Origin: Alcanivorax sp.
GTDB taxonomy: Bacteria > Pseudomonadota > Alphaproteobacteria > Micavibrionales > Micavibrionaceae
Reading direction: 5' to 3'
DNA length: 64,000 nucleotides
Assembly (NCBI GenBank): GCA_051967755.1
Contig: JBQDYD010000006.1
Span: 56,482-120,481 of the forward strand
Position 1 is the first letter of the stretch, and each line of letters begins with the position of its first letter. Below the pieces are notes generated by a model. It saw only the letters and a program-made list of their open reading frames with translations. It had not been told where the DNA came from and made no database searches. Of the stretch, positions 28,220 through 38,366 are shown in pieces. Made by a program: the position numbers and the translations under genes.

Positions 28220-28939
28220 ATGAAACGTTCAGCCTTTGTCACTGCAGACAACCTTCCCGACCTTGCCGGCGCGTTCGGTAAGGCCGTTGATTCTGCAGGC
28301 CTGCACAAACATGATGATGCGCTTAATGTTGCCGTTATCGGTGAGCCCGGCGTCGGGAAATCCTATATTTCAACAAAACTGGCAGAAGGTGTGCTGGGCA
28401 GTGATATGCACAGTCTAAGCCAATCTGTGCCGCGTGATGATATGCATGATTTGATTTTGTGGTCATATCACACAGATGGCGCGCAGGAAATTCTGCAATA
28501 TGACGAAGCATCAAAGCGATTTGTCGATGATGAGTATCATAATTTTGTTATGGAACAGCGCAAAGAGCATCCGATTCCTGAGCGCACCTCCCCCGGGGTT
28601 ACCTTTATTGAGCACCCCGATCAAGAAACAGAGGATGACGCAGATATTATTGTGCGCATTCGTTTTTCCGAATACCAAAAAAGCGAAATTGCGCGCATAC
28701 GCACACAGATGGAGCAAGGCGCAGCAGATTTAACCGCAAAGAAACAAGAATTAGCAAATGTTGCGGCACAAGGATGCGAGATTGAGATTGAAACACAAAG
28801 TTTCAGGTTTGATGACAGCGCATTGGTGGAATTCTTTGATAAACAGGATAACCCCGTATGGCGAGATCTTGCCGCCCCGCCCTATGTCTTCGATGATGAC
28901 GATGACTTAGAGAATATTGCCGATTTAAGCTATGATTAG
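28220..28939 (+). CDS. hypothetical P-loop-containing acidic protein
   Basis: 239 aa with a Walker A-like GEPGVGKS and a very acidic C-terminus. No further family signal. Confidence 0.4.
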   Translation: MKRSAFVTADNLPDLAGAFGKAVDSAGLHKHDDALNVAVIGEPGVGKSYISTKLAEGVLGSDMHSLSQSVPRDDMHDLILWSYHTDGAQEILQYDEASKRFVDDEYHNFVMEQRKEHPIPERTSPGVTFIEHPDQETEDDADIIVRIRFSEYQKSEIARIRTQMEQGAADLTAKKQELANVAAQGCEIEIETQSFRFDDSALVEFFDKQDNPVWRDLAAPPYVFDDDDDLENIADLSYD

Positions 28940-28963
28940 CGAGGAGCGCACCGGCATTACCCC

Positions 28964-29923
28964 CTAAGCAATATCATGCCCTTCAGGCTGTGCCACGTCC
29001 CACCCATTCATATTATCATAAACACGCTCTTGTCCGTCTTGCCCTGTGACAACAACATTTGCAAACCGATTGGGTTTTTCCGCACCGGATTCGACATACG
29101 TCGCAAGCTGTTCCAGCAAACCATCATAATAGCCCGTGCTGTTATCAATCTTAAGCGGGATCGTCGGTTCCTCCACGAATGATCGCGCAGAACGTTCCAG
29201 CGCAAGCACCCCTGCCTCATCGGCCAAATAGGACGCATCCGCATGCGCAGAAAAACCGGGCGCATGATCGGGACGTTCCAGACGGACAACGCGGTCCTCC
29301 GCGCGCGCCTGTGACCATAATTGTGCGTAATCATGCTCGGGCGTGCCGACGGCTTTATATAAATCAATAATCGGCTCAACCTCATCCACATCAGAAACGA
29401 TATGAATATGATCCATGTTGTTTCCCGGGAAACTTCGGCTCAGGCGGCTCATCTTTACCGTATCCATTTGCTCACGCAGGCCATCGTAAAAGTTATCCGA
29501 ATTTACGATAATCAGGGGCATGCCACGGCGCGCCATATGCATCGCGTAATCAAGCTCCTCAATACCGCCCGGCATTAAAATCGCGACATCCGCGCGCGCA
29601 TCCAAGGACTTCTTTAGCGCCTTACGCCCCTCCACCATTGTTTTTTCCCTGAGCAACGAGTCATTTGTATTGGCGGGATGCGGCCGATACGGATCGGAAC
29701 CGGGGTCAGTGTAGACATTAACAACATCGCCGCCCTCATGCAGGGCACCGACCATGACATCACCCTTAACGCTGTCCAAATCACCGGGTAAAATGATATG
29801 CACGTCAGACTTGGCCAATATCTGACCAAGCGCATATCCATCATCACCAAAACTGTCATTATTAATCGTTGAGCTGGCAAGCACAGCTACTTTTTGTACG
29901 GTATCACTCACAAATTCCCCCAT
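28964..29923 (-). CDS. LOG/TIGR00730-like Rossmann-fold protein (degenerate motifs)
   Basis: VAILMPGGIEELDYA..PLIIVNSDNFYDGLREQM resembles the LOG PGGxGTxxE...FYD segment, but the GGGxGxMG box is not intact. The extra C-terminal roughly 130 aa repeat a GYYDGLLEQL element. Confidence 0.4.
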   Translation of the reverse strand: MGEFVSDTVQKVAVLASSTINNDSFGDDGYALGQILAKSDVHIILPGDLDSVKGDVMVGALHEGGDVVNVYTDPGSDPYRPHPANTNDSLLREKTMVEGRKALKKSLDARADVAILMPGGIEELDYAMHMARRGMPLIIVNSDNFYDGLREQMDTVKMSRLSRSFPGNNMDHIHIVSDVDEVEPIIDLYKAVGTPEHDYAQLWSQARAEDRVVRLERPDHAPGFSAHADASYLADEAGVLALERSARSFVEEPTIPLKIDNSTGYYDGLLEQLATYVESGAEKPNRFANVVVTGQDGQERVYDNMNGWDVAQPEGHDIA

Positions 29924-30000
29924 AAGATATATTCTTATTTCTTACCTATAGTCTTAAAGGTTTTTCATGAAATGAGCAAATTCTTGATCATTATGGAATA

Positions 30001-31362
30001 TTATGCCGCGCGCGAACACCAAAACTGATACATACCGCGAAACGCATCGGGGTTTTCACGCTCATACGCGTCCCACTGATCTAAGGTTTCAAAGGATTGT
30101 TTTTGGTGATCAAACCCATCAAACACCAACCCTAACGCCGCCAGTGCATCTTTAATTTGCGGAATGGTAAAACGGTGCTCTTGCTGGTGGAAAATCAAAT
30201 CGCGGCAATCAGACAGGCTGTAGAAATCACGGCGCGCCATCACGCCTTTTGCCGCATGATCATCGGGCAGAGCGCAGATATATTCCCGCGCGGCTTTAAT
30301 GCCCTTTTGGCTCGGCTCAAAGCCTTGCTGCTGCACAATCTCACGCGCGGCGACAACATCGCGGCGCCCCAATTCACTATACAGGCCGATATGCATCTTC
30401 CCATCGGGCGTAAGCTTTTCCAGTAAACACCGCCATCCTTTTATCGGGTCATCCATGTGATGCAACACGCCCGAGCTTTCGATCACGTCAAAGCGCTGAT
30501 CAAGCGCATCCAGATTCAAAATATCCGCGTGATAGAATGTTATATTTTTAAGCTTTAGGGATTTCGCCTTTGCCTTGGCATAGCTCAAACTCGCGCGGCT
30601 CAGATCAATCGCGGTAATTTTAATATTCGGGTATTTGATTGCCGTCCCGCACAACCCAAAGCCCGTTCCGCATCCTGCAACTAAATGGTCATGCATTTTG
30701 GCCGAATTATCTTTGGTTGGCGATTGCACGTGAATGCTGCTCCACCGTGGATATGGGTTTACCTCATAATGGCTGCGCACCAATTTGGACACATCATCGT
30801 CCGATAATCCAATCGATTCGATTGTCTCATCAATTTCGGCAGGCTCTGTTGCGGCGGGCACATCGGTGAAAACATATTCCACGCGCGCGCAATATGCATC
30901 AAAGGCCTTGTTGAATTTCGGGCTGTCACTCCCCGCCCTCAAACGCATCAAATGCGCTTCAAAATCAACGTCATACACCGTGATTTTTTGCAAACCCTGC
31001 AATAAAAACGGATCATTTAAATCGGGCGCATCCCCCTGAAAGGCAGGATCAAGCAAAAACAGAGAGTGCCAAGCGCGCGATAAATCCTGATAATCAACCC
31101 CCGCCTCATTCAGGCAGACCATCACCAACTCCTTAAGCTTCGGGTTAAAGCTCTTAAAGCTGACATTACGCAAAATATGCGCGAGCAAGACTTTATGATC
31201 ATGGATTTTTGGCTGCGCGGTTATCGCCCGTGCGCAAAATTCCAGCGCGCGAAGATAGTCCCCCGCTTGATATGCCCTCATACTAAGCGCTGCAAAATCC
31301 GGCGCGGTATTTTGGGCGGCTTTATTGGGGGGCTTGTGCGCGCGTCTTTGCTTGCGATTCAT
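30001..31362 (-). CDS. class I SAM-dependent methyltransferase with N-terminal TPR-like region
   Basis: SAM motif I (LVAGCGTGFGL) and a post-I acidic residue (ITAIDLS), followed by DVIESSGVLHH. 453 aa. Confidence 0.75.
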   Translation of the reverse strand: MNRKQRRAHKPPNKAAQNTAPDFAALSMRAYQAGDYLRALEFCARAITAQPKIHDHKVLLAHILRNVSFKSFNPKLKELVMVCLNEAGVDYQDLSRAWHSLFLLDPAFQGDAPDLNDPFLLQGLQKITVYDVDFEAHLMRLRAGSDSPKFNKAFDAYCARVEYVFTDVPAATEPAEIDETIESIGLSDDDVSKLVRSHYEVNPYPRWSSIHVQSPTKDNSAKMHDHLVAGCGTGFGLCGTAIKYPNIKITAIDLSRASLSYAKAKAKSLKLKNITFYHADILNLDALDQRFDVIESSGVLHHMDDPIKGWRCLLEKLTPDGKMHIGLYSELGRRDVVAAREIVQQQGFEPSQKGIKAAREYICALPDDHAAKGVMARRDFYSLSDCRDLIFHQQEHRFTIPQIKDALAALGLVFDGFDHQKQSFETLDQWDAYERENPDAFRGMYQFWCSRAA

Positions 31363-31401
31363 TGTTACGGCTCGGGGCTTGTGGTTTATCTGATATGTAG
31401 A

Positions 31402-32049
31402 TTAAGAACCGGGGCCGAAAAGTAAACTATTTAAATCATTCCATGTGCGTGTCGGCAGTGGCGGCGTGCGCTCTGCTTCGTCTTTTAAAATCATATCCGC
31501 GGCATTTTCCGCATTGGTGATCACCAATTTCCCGCTATAGACGTCATGCATGTAATCTTCAAACGCATAAAGGGGGTGCGATCCATTTGAATCCCCGATT
31601 AATTCTTCAGGCACAATCACCTTAAAATCATTTTCCAGCAGGCTATCCACCGTCCAGTAAATGCAGTTTCTTGCATCAAACCCCATCAAGACAACCGTAT
31701 CGATGCCCTGATCTTTCAAATCTTCGAAATATGCTTCATGCTCAGGATACGGGGACATCTGCGTCTTTGACATGATGTGATCGGTTTCCATGGGAATAAC
31801 ATGGTGAAATTCACGCTCTTCCAGGGTGAGAGGCTCAGGATCGCGATCTTCGAATGTCATGACATCTTGCTTTGTCCATGCAACGGCGTCGCAATTACGG
31901 CGAACATCGGCGGTAAAGTCGGCGATGCGCTGCGCTGTTTCATCTAACTGACCTGCGGTATTAAATTTAGATGTTTGCAACCCCTCATAGACCGACGCGT
32001 CACAGCTCGCGCGCGTCACATCAACCCCTAACAATAAAACTTTCATCAC
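31402..32049 (-). CDS. isochorismatase-like (cysteine hydrolase) family protein, putative
   Basis: VLLLGVDV (Asp) and DTVVLMGFDARNCIYWT (Cys) are arranged as in the isochorismatase/nicotinamidase fold. Weak, by-eye call. Confidence 0.35.
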   Translation of the reverse strand: MMKVLLLGVDVTRASCDASVYEGLQTSKFNTAGQLDETAQRIADFTADVRRNCDAVAWTKQDVMTFEDRDPEPLTLEEREFHHVIPMETDHIMSKTQMSPYPEHEAYFEDLKDQGIDTVVLMGFDARNCIYWTVDSLLENDFKVIVPEELIGDSNGSHPLYAFEDYMHDVYSGKLVITNAENAADMILKDEAERTPPLPTRTWNDLNSLLFGPGS

Positions 32050-32119
32050 ACCCTCATATATTTTTATGCGTAATAAATTACCATAATGATTGAGGGCATG
32101 TCAGTAATAAATACCAGAA

Positions 32120-32551
32120 TCAATTTTGTTTCAACTGCCGTTTTCGAGCTATCGCTCCAAAAAAACCAAAGCTAACTCTAAGAAAACCATAATATACGAA
32201 TAAAGTCATACCTCCGTTTAGCAATAGAACTAAAATAACGTCAGTCTGAAATAATAGCTCTATGTTTTCTGGCTTTAAGAACATTATTGGTATTTGCACC
32301 AGCACCAAGACGAGTATACAAAGTCGCGCTAGAACCAATTCGTCTCTTTTTGTAAGAGGTTCTTGCGTCGCCCAACTGAACAACGCAATAGAGCATAATG
32401 CCCCAGCCAAACTTGATATAAAAAACATAAGTAGCACATGCCATATAAAGAAGCTAAACGCCATAGCTACCAGTGAAAAAACACCCCAAAAAGCAATACT
32501 AGTAAGTATTAAAACTTTTAAATCAGCGCTCTTTGCTTCATGTCCTCGCAT
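32120..32551 (-). CDS. hypothetical membrane protein
   Basis: 143 aa with 4 predicted TM helices. It is visibly AT-richer than its neighbours and starts 8 nt after the icd stop. Confidence 0.45.
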   Translation of the reverse strand: MRGHEAKSADLKVLILTSIAFWGVFSLVAMAFSFFIWHVLLMFFISSLAGALCSIALFSWATQEPLTKRDELVLARLCILVLVLVQIPIMFLKPENIELLFQTDVILVLLLNGGMTLFVYYGFLRVSFGFFGAIARKRQLKQN

Positions 32552-32559
32552 ACCACAAC

Positions 32560-33774
32560 CTAAGCCATCGCTTTATCCAAATTCTCGCGGAGTTTATCGA
32601 GGAATTCTTGCGTCGTCAGGAACTTCTGATCGGCGCCAACCAGCAGCGCGAGGTCTTTCGTCATAAAGCCTTGCTCCACCGTTTCCACGCACACACGTTC
32701 CAGCGTTTCACAGAATTCCACCAGCGCGTCATTCTCATCAAATTTACCGCGATATTTCAGGCCGCTTGTCCATGCAAAGATAGAGGCAATCGGGTTGGTG
32801 GAGGTTGGCTTCCCTTCCTGATGCAGGCGATAGTGACGCGTCACTGTGCCGTGTGCGGCTTCGGCCTCAACGGTTTTCCCGTCGGGCGTGAGCAAGACAG
32901 ACGTCATCAGGCCAAGCGAGCCAAAACCCTGCGCCACGATGTCTGATTGCACATCCCCGTCATAGTTTTTACACGCCCAGACAAAACCGCCCTTGGACTT
33001 AATCGCTTGGGCGACCATGTCATCGATCAGGCGGTGTTCATACCATAGCTCTCGCTTATCAAATTCTTCTTTAAATTCCTCATCAAAGATGCGCTGGAAA
33101 ATCTCAATAAAACGGCCGTCATATTGTTTCAGGATGGTGTTCTTGGTCGACATATAAACGGGGCAGTTTTGCAATAGCCCGTAATTAAAGCTGGAGCGGG
33201 CAAAGCCTTCAATGCTCTCATCCAGATTATACATCCCCATCGCCACACCTGATGACGGGAAGTCATACACTTCCCATTCCTGCGGCTCTCCGCCGTCTTT
33301 TGGGGTGAACACCATTTTCAGTGTGCCCTGCTCTTTGATTTTCATGTCAGTGGCTTTGTACTGATCACCAAAAGCATGACGACCGACGATGATGGGGTTT
33401 TCCCACCCGGGCACATAGCGCGGTACGTTTGAACAAATAATCGGTGCGCGGAAAATCGTTCCACCCAGAATATTACGGATCGTACCGTTCGGTGATCGCC
33501 ACATTTTCTTCAGGCCGAATTCCTCCACGCGCGCCTCATCAGGGGTGATGGTCGCACATTTAATACCCACGCCGTATTTCTTAATGGCTTCGGCGGCATC
33601 CACGGTGATTTGGTCATCCGTTGCATCACGGCTCTGGATCGAGAGGTCGTAATATTTCAGATCAATATCAAGATACGGCAAGATCAAACTTTTCTTGATG
33701 AAGTCCCAAATGATGCGGGTCATTTCATCACCGTCAATTTCTACGACCGGGGTATCTACTTTGATTTTTGCCAT
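32560..33774 (-). CDS. icd: NADP-dependent isocitrate dehydrogenase (homodimeric, eukaryote-like type)
   Basis: 404 aa. [29 protein letters not shown] and NYDGDVQSD are typical of the roughly 45-kDa NADP-IDH subfamily. Confidence 0.95.
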   Translation of the reverse strand: MAKIKVDTPVVEIDGDEMTRIIWDFIKKSLILPYLDIDLKYYDLSIQSRDATDDQITVDAAEAIKKYGVGIKCATITPDEARVEEFGLKKMWRSPNGTIRNILGGTIFRAPIICSNVPRYVPGWENPIIVGRHAFGDQYKATDMKIKEQGTLKMVFTPKDGGEPQEWEVYDFPSSGVAMGMYNLDESIEGFARSSFNYGLLQNCPVYMSTKNTILKQYDGRFIEIFQRIFDEEFKEEFDKRELWYEHRLIDDMVAQAIKSKGGFVWACKNYDGDVQSDIVAQGFGSLGLMTSVLLTPDGKTVEAEAAHGTVTRHYRLHQEGKPTSTNPIASIFAWTSGLKYRGKFDENDALVEFCETLERVCVETVEQGFMTKDLALLVGADQKFLTTQEFLDKLRENLDKAMA

Positions 33775-33894
33775 GATATGCGAATCCTTATATTACGTTT
33801 GAAAATCATCGATAGAGTAACGAGTGTTCAATGCTTGCACAACTCGAAAACCTTATGATATCAATTTGAAAAATAATAAAACGGGTGAACAGAG

Positions 33895-34491
33895 ATGGAA
33901 CACGCAAAACGCGGCGGTTTTTTAGATTTCCTCAAAAATGCATATGACGAAGCCAATAAAGGGCATGAAGATGAATCGTGGGTGCAGAAGCTACGCAATG
34001 CCTATCATTTTACGGTGGAATATCCCGCGGTGGTCAATGATGCGATTTCCACTGATTTAATGATGGCACAAACCCCTGCAGGTTTGCGTCTGGCGATTGA
34101 AGATACGTTAAATGATTGGAACAAGCATAAAGCCGATGACATCGCACGTTATGGTGAGCGATATATGCGCCAGCAAATCGCGGATCAATGGGAGGATGCC
34201 GATCAGCGCGCCGAGATTATCCAATATTTAAAAGAACGCGATCATCAGCGCAGGCATGATGTGCCGTCCGATTTTGACCGCGCGCAAGATCAATTCCCCT
34301 TTGCCGTGTCTAACCACCATATGCAAACGATGAATGATTTGATTGAATCGCAAATGGCGCTGGATAGCCTTGTCCATGATAGCGGCCGCGGTACGATACA
34401 ATCACATGAAGATTTGGCCAAAACAATCAGCCTGATCGAAGTGCAAGCGCAAAATGCGCGAATCTTCGGCCCTGACGGTTTGGATATGTAA
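33895..34491 (+). CDS. hypothetical protein
   Basis: 198-aa charged helical ORF with no signal peptide and no family recognised. Confidence 0.45.
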   Translation: MEHAKRGGFLDFLKNAYDEANKGHEDESWVQKLRNAYHFTVEYPAVVNDAISTDLMMAQTPAGLRLAIEDTLNDWNKHKADDIARYGERYMRQQIADQWEDADQRAEIIQYLKERDHQRRHDVPSDFDRAQDQFPFAVSNHHMQTMNDLIESQMALDSLVHDSGRGTIQSHEDLAKTISLIEVQAQNARIFGPDGLDM

Positions 34492-35523
34492 TTATTTCTG
34501 CGACAAAACGTGGCTGTAAAGCTCCAGCACGTTTTTCTTGAACACCTCACGAGTGAACCCTTCCTGATAGGCTTTCATACCATTTTCAATGACGTGCTTT
34601 TGCAGATCCGTATCTTTAATCATACGGTTCAGCGCTTCGGTTAGCGCAGGCACATCATCAATTTCCACGATCAGGCCATTTTCCTCATTCTTCACGTACG
34701 CTTTCGGCCCTGCGGCCTTGGCAGTAACGAGCGGTTTACCCGTGCCCCATGCCTCAATCACCACCGCGCCGAACGGCTCATAACGTGATGGAAATGCCAC
34801 GATATCACATGTGGCGAGCAGGTTCTCACGATCATTGCGCCAACCGAGGAAACGCACGCGATCCTCTAGCTTGAGGTCTTTCATTTGCTGCTTTAACTGT
34901 TGCTCTATCGGCCCTGCACCTGCAATCCAAAGATAGGCATCCGGCACATTTACAAGGGATTCCAGCAAAACATCCAGCCCCTTTTTCTCATGCAATCGCG
35001 CCAGCGCAAGCAAGAGCGGCGCATCATCAGGGGTATCAAACTCCGCGCGATCAATGGGCGTGCCCTGATCAAACTCCGCATAGATATGAAGCAAGAACGC
35101 CTTATCCGCGGGAACGCCGTTTTTGACGATGTGATCGACAATATCTTGCGTGACCGCGACATGATACTCACAATTTACAAAACGCGACGGTTTGTAATAC
35201 CCACCGTACCAGCCGATATTCACATGATCCCCCGCTTGGGAAAACATGCCTGCGCGCCCCATCCAATGATGGACGATATCAGGCTGAAACTCTTTAATCT
35301 GCTTTTTGATTTTTGCGGCAGTCGGGAATTTGAATGTTTTATTAAATGATGCGGTTTCAAGCGGGATACCGCGACCCTTAATCACGCCTATCTTATGGTC
35401 GTTATTGGCACGAGTAATCACGCGTTGCTGCACGTTGGTTTCATCCAGAGCCTCCACCGCATCCACAAAAAATGTTTCCGCTCCGCCGACTGCGTCCCCT
35501 GCCATTGCATGTAAAATTTTCAT
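34492..35523 (-). CDS. glycosyltransferase family 4 (GT-B, group 1)
   Basis: N-terminal GGAETF and the C-terminal E-x7-E region (PSRYEPFGAVVIEAWGTGKPLV). Confidence 0.85.
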   Translation of the reverse strand: MKILHAMAGDAVGGAETFFVDAVEALDETNVQQRVITRANNDHKIGVIKGRGIPLETASFNKTFKFPTAAKIKKQIKEFQPDIVHHWMGRAGMFSQAGDHVNIGWYGGYYKPSRFVNCEYHVAVTQDIVDHIVKNGVPADKAFLLHIYAEFDQGTPIDRAEFDTPDDAPLLLALARLHEKKGLDVLLESLVNVPDAYLWIAGAGPIEQQLKQQMKDLKLEDRVRFLGWRNDRENLLATCDIVAFPSRYEPFGAVVIEAWGTGKPLVTAKAAGPKAYVKNEENGLIVEIDDVPALTEALNRMIKDTDLQKHVIENGMKAYQEGFTREVFKKNVLELYSHVLSQK

Positions 35524-35684
35524 CTCTGCGCCCTTATATTCTCAGCCAGCATATCTTTAGCATAAAAGATATCAACACCAAAAGAGCAGACATCCATAAG
35601 TCAGATTTTCTGCACGATTATCCCTTCATACGCAGGATGTAATCCCGTCCCTTTGCGCGCCCCTTCCGCGTCATGCGATTGATT

Positions 35685-35735
35685 TGCCCCACAAAACAGT
35701 TTATAAATTTACCTCATAGTAGATTGTGGGGGGCA
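35685..35735. repeat. inverted repeat upstream of orphan response regulator
   Basis: TGCCCCACAA (35685-35694) and TTGTGGGGGGCA (35724-35735) form 10-bp arms with a 2-G bulge and a 29-nt AT-rich spacer, about 40 nt upstream of the ATG at 35777. Confidence 0.4.
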
Positions 35736-35776
35736 CTTTCTGAAATAAAATCAATTTATGCCCATTAAGGTATTGA

Positions 35777-36190
35777 ATGAAAACAGTATTACATATTGAT
35801 GATAGTGACGCGGATCTGCTTGCATTCCGCATATTAACACTCGACGCGCATTCTGACCTCAGGATCAAAGCCGTGCATGATGGGCAAGAGGCTCTTGATT
35901 TATTGGCGACCGGTTTCGTACCAAGCGTCATTGTCCTTGATATTGTGATGTCCGGAATGGGCGGATTCCAATTTTTGGAAACATACACCAAGGATGATCG
36001 CATCAAGCAAAAAGCCCCGGTGGTTATGCTAAGCTCATCCTATGATGACAATGACAGAAACAAAGCGTTTTCATTTGATATAGTTCAAGATTATGTCTGC
36101 AAACCGCTTGACGAGAATACAGTCGAAAGAATTTTAAAAGCAGCCAACAATACAGAAAAGCACAACAACATCGATATTGAATTGATGTAG
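35777..36190 (+). CDS. single-domain response regulator (CheY-like receiver)
   Basis: The acidic pocket (IDDSDAD), the phospho-acceptor context (VIVLDIVMSGMGG), LSSS and KP are conserved. There is no output domain. Confidence 0.85.
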   Translation: MKTVLHIDDSDADLLAFRILTLDAHSDLRIKAVHDGQEALDLLATGFVPSVIVLDIVMSGMGGFQFLETYTKDDRIKQKAPVVMLSSSYDDNDRNKAFSFDIVQDYVCKPLDENTVERILKAANNTEKHNNIDIELM

Positions 36191-36262
36191 CTTAGCGTTG
36201 GCGTTTTAGCCTTCCCTCACAAAGCCCGTCCGCGACATAGGCCGTTTGTAAAAACAAACACC

Positions 36263-36835
36263 TTACTTACCGCGGCATTGCTTAATAGAGCGCCCAAAAG
36301 TCCAATCAACACGGGGGTAATTACCGCTTCTATTGATGTTTGACACAACATGTTCGGCAATACAATCACACTCAGATTTGACAATCTTTCCTTCTGAAAC
36401 ACATCTGTTATATGATTTATCAACGATGTTTCTATAGTCCTCATTCTTCAGGCCAAGCTTATCCGAAACAGATGCCGGCATCGATGCGCGTTTTGCCTTC
36501 ACCAGTTCCGATAATTTTGCATGCGCCGCCTCACAACGATTTGCGGCCGCCGTATATGCTTCGTTAATTTGACCGGGCGGAATTCTCCCCTGCGCAATTT
36601 TGCCTGTTATTTCATTTGCATCCTCACAGAAATGACGGCAATCAGACGCAACCTTACGCAGATCAGGCGTATCCAATAAATCGCGCTGCTTCACACAGAA
36701 ATCATGCTTCTCTTGCATCGCGTTCACACGCTCTTGTAACGCGGCATCTGTTTGTTGTGCCCCCGCAGGAACAGCCACCCCGCCGATTGCAACACTTAAT
36801 AAAACACCGAAAAATGCTAATTTTGAAAAAGACAT
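36263..36835 (-). CDS. hypothetical secreted Cys-rich protein
   Basis: Signal peptide (..VAVPAGAQQ) and 8 Cys, including C-x10-C-x-C (RCVSEGKIVKSECDC). Confidence 0.5.
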   Translation of the reverse strand: MSFSKLAFFGVLLSVAIGGVAVPAGAQQTDAALQERVNAMQEKHDFCVKQRDLLDTPDLRKVASDCRHFCEDANEITGKIAQGRIPPGQINEAYTAAANRCEAAHAKLSELVKAKRASMPASVSDKLGLKNEDYRNIVDKSYNRCVSEGKIVKSECDCIAEHVVSNINRSGNYPRVDWTFGRSIKQCRGK

Positions 36836-37130
36836 ACACCCTCACCTCTTATTGTTTTCTTATCATGGTTTGCACGCATGAGTATAACCTTAGATTATAC
36901 ACGACACCATCACATTATCGTACTTCATACCCATTATTTTCACACGAATAAGACACACAAACACAAAACTTGTCATTCCCCGCCAAAATCCGTATATTCC
37001 GCCGCACGAATAAATGAATATGATAAAATATTGTCATGACCAAAGCGCTGAATAGTTTGGGCATTGCATAGCCCCCGCGAAGCGATGCAAATGCATTGTT
37101 CGCGCCATAGAAAGGATACAGGGCACACAA

Positions 37131-38291
37131 ATGGGCGATCAATTAAACTCATTAGGGTTTAACAAAAAACCGGAAGAAACCCGCGTGGTTGTTGCCATGT
37201 CGGGCGGGGTGGATTCGTCTGTGTGCGCGGCGCTTTTGCATGAGGAAGGCTATGATGTGGTTGGGGTCACGCTCCAGCTCTATGATCATGGCGGCGCGGT
37301 GAATGAACAGGTAAAGAGCAAAACCTGCTGCGCGGGGCAAGATATTTATGATGCACGCCGCGTTGCCGAAGGGCTTGGCTTTCCGCATTATGTTCTGGAT
37401 TACGAAACCAATTTCCGCGAGAGCGTGATCGAGGATTTCGCCGATAGTTACCTGAAAGGCGAAACCCCTATTCCGTGTGTTCGCTGTAACCAAACCGTAA
37501 AATTCCGTGACCTGTTGCAGGTTGCACATGACCTTGGTGCCGACTGTATGGCGACAGGGCATTATATTCAGCGCGTCATCGACGAAGACGGCCGTGCCCA
37601 TTTGGTGCGTGCACATGATGACGGTAAGGACCAGAGCTATTTCCTGTTTGCAACAACGCAAGAGCAGCTCGACTTTTTGCGCTTCCCCCTTGGCGGGTGG
37701 AGCAAAGACGTCACCCGTGAACATGCGGAGCGTTTAGGCCTGATGAATGCCGATAAACCTGATTCGCAGGATATCTGCTTTGTGCCGCACGGCGATTACG
37801 CCAAGGTGGTGAAGAAAATCCGCCCCGAGGGTGAGAACCCCGGCAAAATCGTGCATATTGACGGGCGCGAAGTGGGTGATCATAACGGCATCATCCATTA
37901 CACAATCGGGCAACGACGCGGCCTGCGTATTGGCGGCGGCGTGTCAGAGAATAACGAGCCGCTCTATGTCATAGAGCTTCGCCCCGAAGCCAACGAAGTT
38001 GTGGTCGGCCCGAAAGAGGCACTGGCGCGCAATGTCTTGCACATTGATGATTGTAACTGGTTATTCGAAGGGGCAAACCTGAGAGAGAAAAAGGGCTGCC
38101 CGTATTTACCTGTGATGGTGAAGTTCAGGTCGGTTATGAAACCCACCCCCGCCCTGCTGAACACGGAAACCAATGATATTAAATTGGAAACCCCGCAATA
38201 TGGCATCGCATCAGGCCAGGCGGCGGTATGTTACGTAAATGACCGCGTGATCGGCGGCGGCTGGATTACCGGCACATCGAATTGCGCGTAA
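37131..38291 (+). CDS. mnmA: tRNA 2-thiouridine(34) synthase MnmA
   Basis: PP-loop ([12 protein letters not shown]), catalytic Cys contexts (PCVRCN, DSQDICF) and ATGHY. Confidence 0.95.
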   Translation: MGDQLNSLGFNKKPEETRVVVAMSGGVDSSVCAALLHEEGYDVVGVTLQLYDHGGAVNEQVKSKTCCAGQDIYDARRVAEGLGFPHYVLDYETNFRESVIEDFADSYLKGETPIPCVRCNQTVKFRDLLQVAHDLGADCMATGHYIQRVIDEDGRAHLVRAHDDGKDQSYFLFATTQEQLDFLRFPLGGWSKDVTREHAERLGLMNADKPDSQDICFVPHGDYAKVVKKIRPEGENPGKIVHIDGREVGDHNGIIHYTIGQRRGLRIGGGVSENNEPLYVIELRPEANEVVVGPKEALARNVLHIDDCNWLFEGANLREKKGCPYLPVMVKFRSVMKPTPALLNTETNDIKLETPQYGIASGQAAVCYVNDRVIGGGWITGTSNCA

Positions 38292-38318
38292 TTTTATGCC
38301 TTAAATTCCTCATATAAA

Positions 38319-38338
38319 AAGGGCTCACCCGAGCCCTT
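38319..38338. terminator. stem-loop terminator candidate between convergent genes
   Basis: AAGGGCTC-ACCC-GAGCCCTT, an 8-bp stem. The T-run lies on the minus-strand side (complement of CATATAAAAA), so it is best placed to terminate the 38367..38906 gene; it is weaker for mnmA. Confidence 0.55.
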
Positions 38339-38366
38339 AATAAATTCTTCTTTATGCGCAAAATAC

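Noticed and set aside
35701-36006. 101-aa minus-strand ORF overlapping the start of the response regulator gene.
   Set aside because: The plus-strand receiver ORF has all the conserved receiver residues. The minus-strand ORF is a shadow that extends into the AT-rich intergenic region.
37152-37724. 190-aa minus-strand ORF inside mnmA. A similar 186-aa plus-strand ORF (39722..40282) lies inside purU.
   Set aside because: They are antisense to genes with unmistakable catalytic motifs, and no independent coding evidence supports them.
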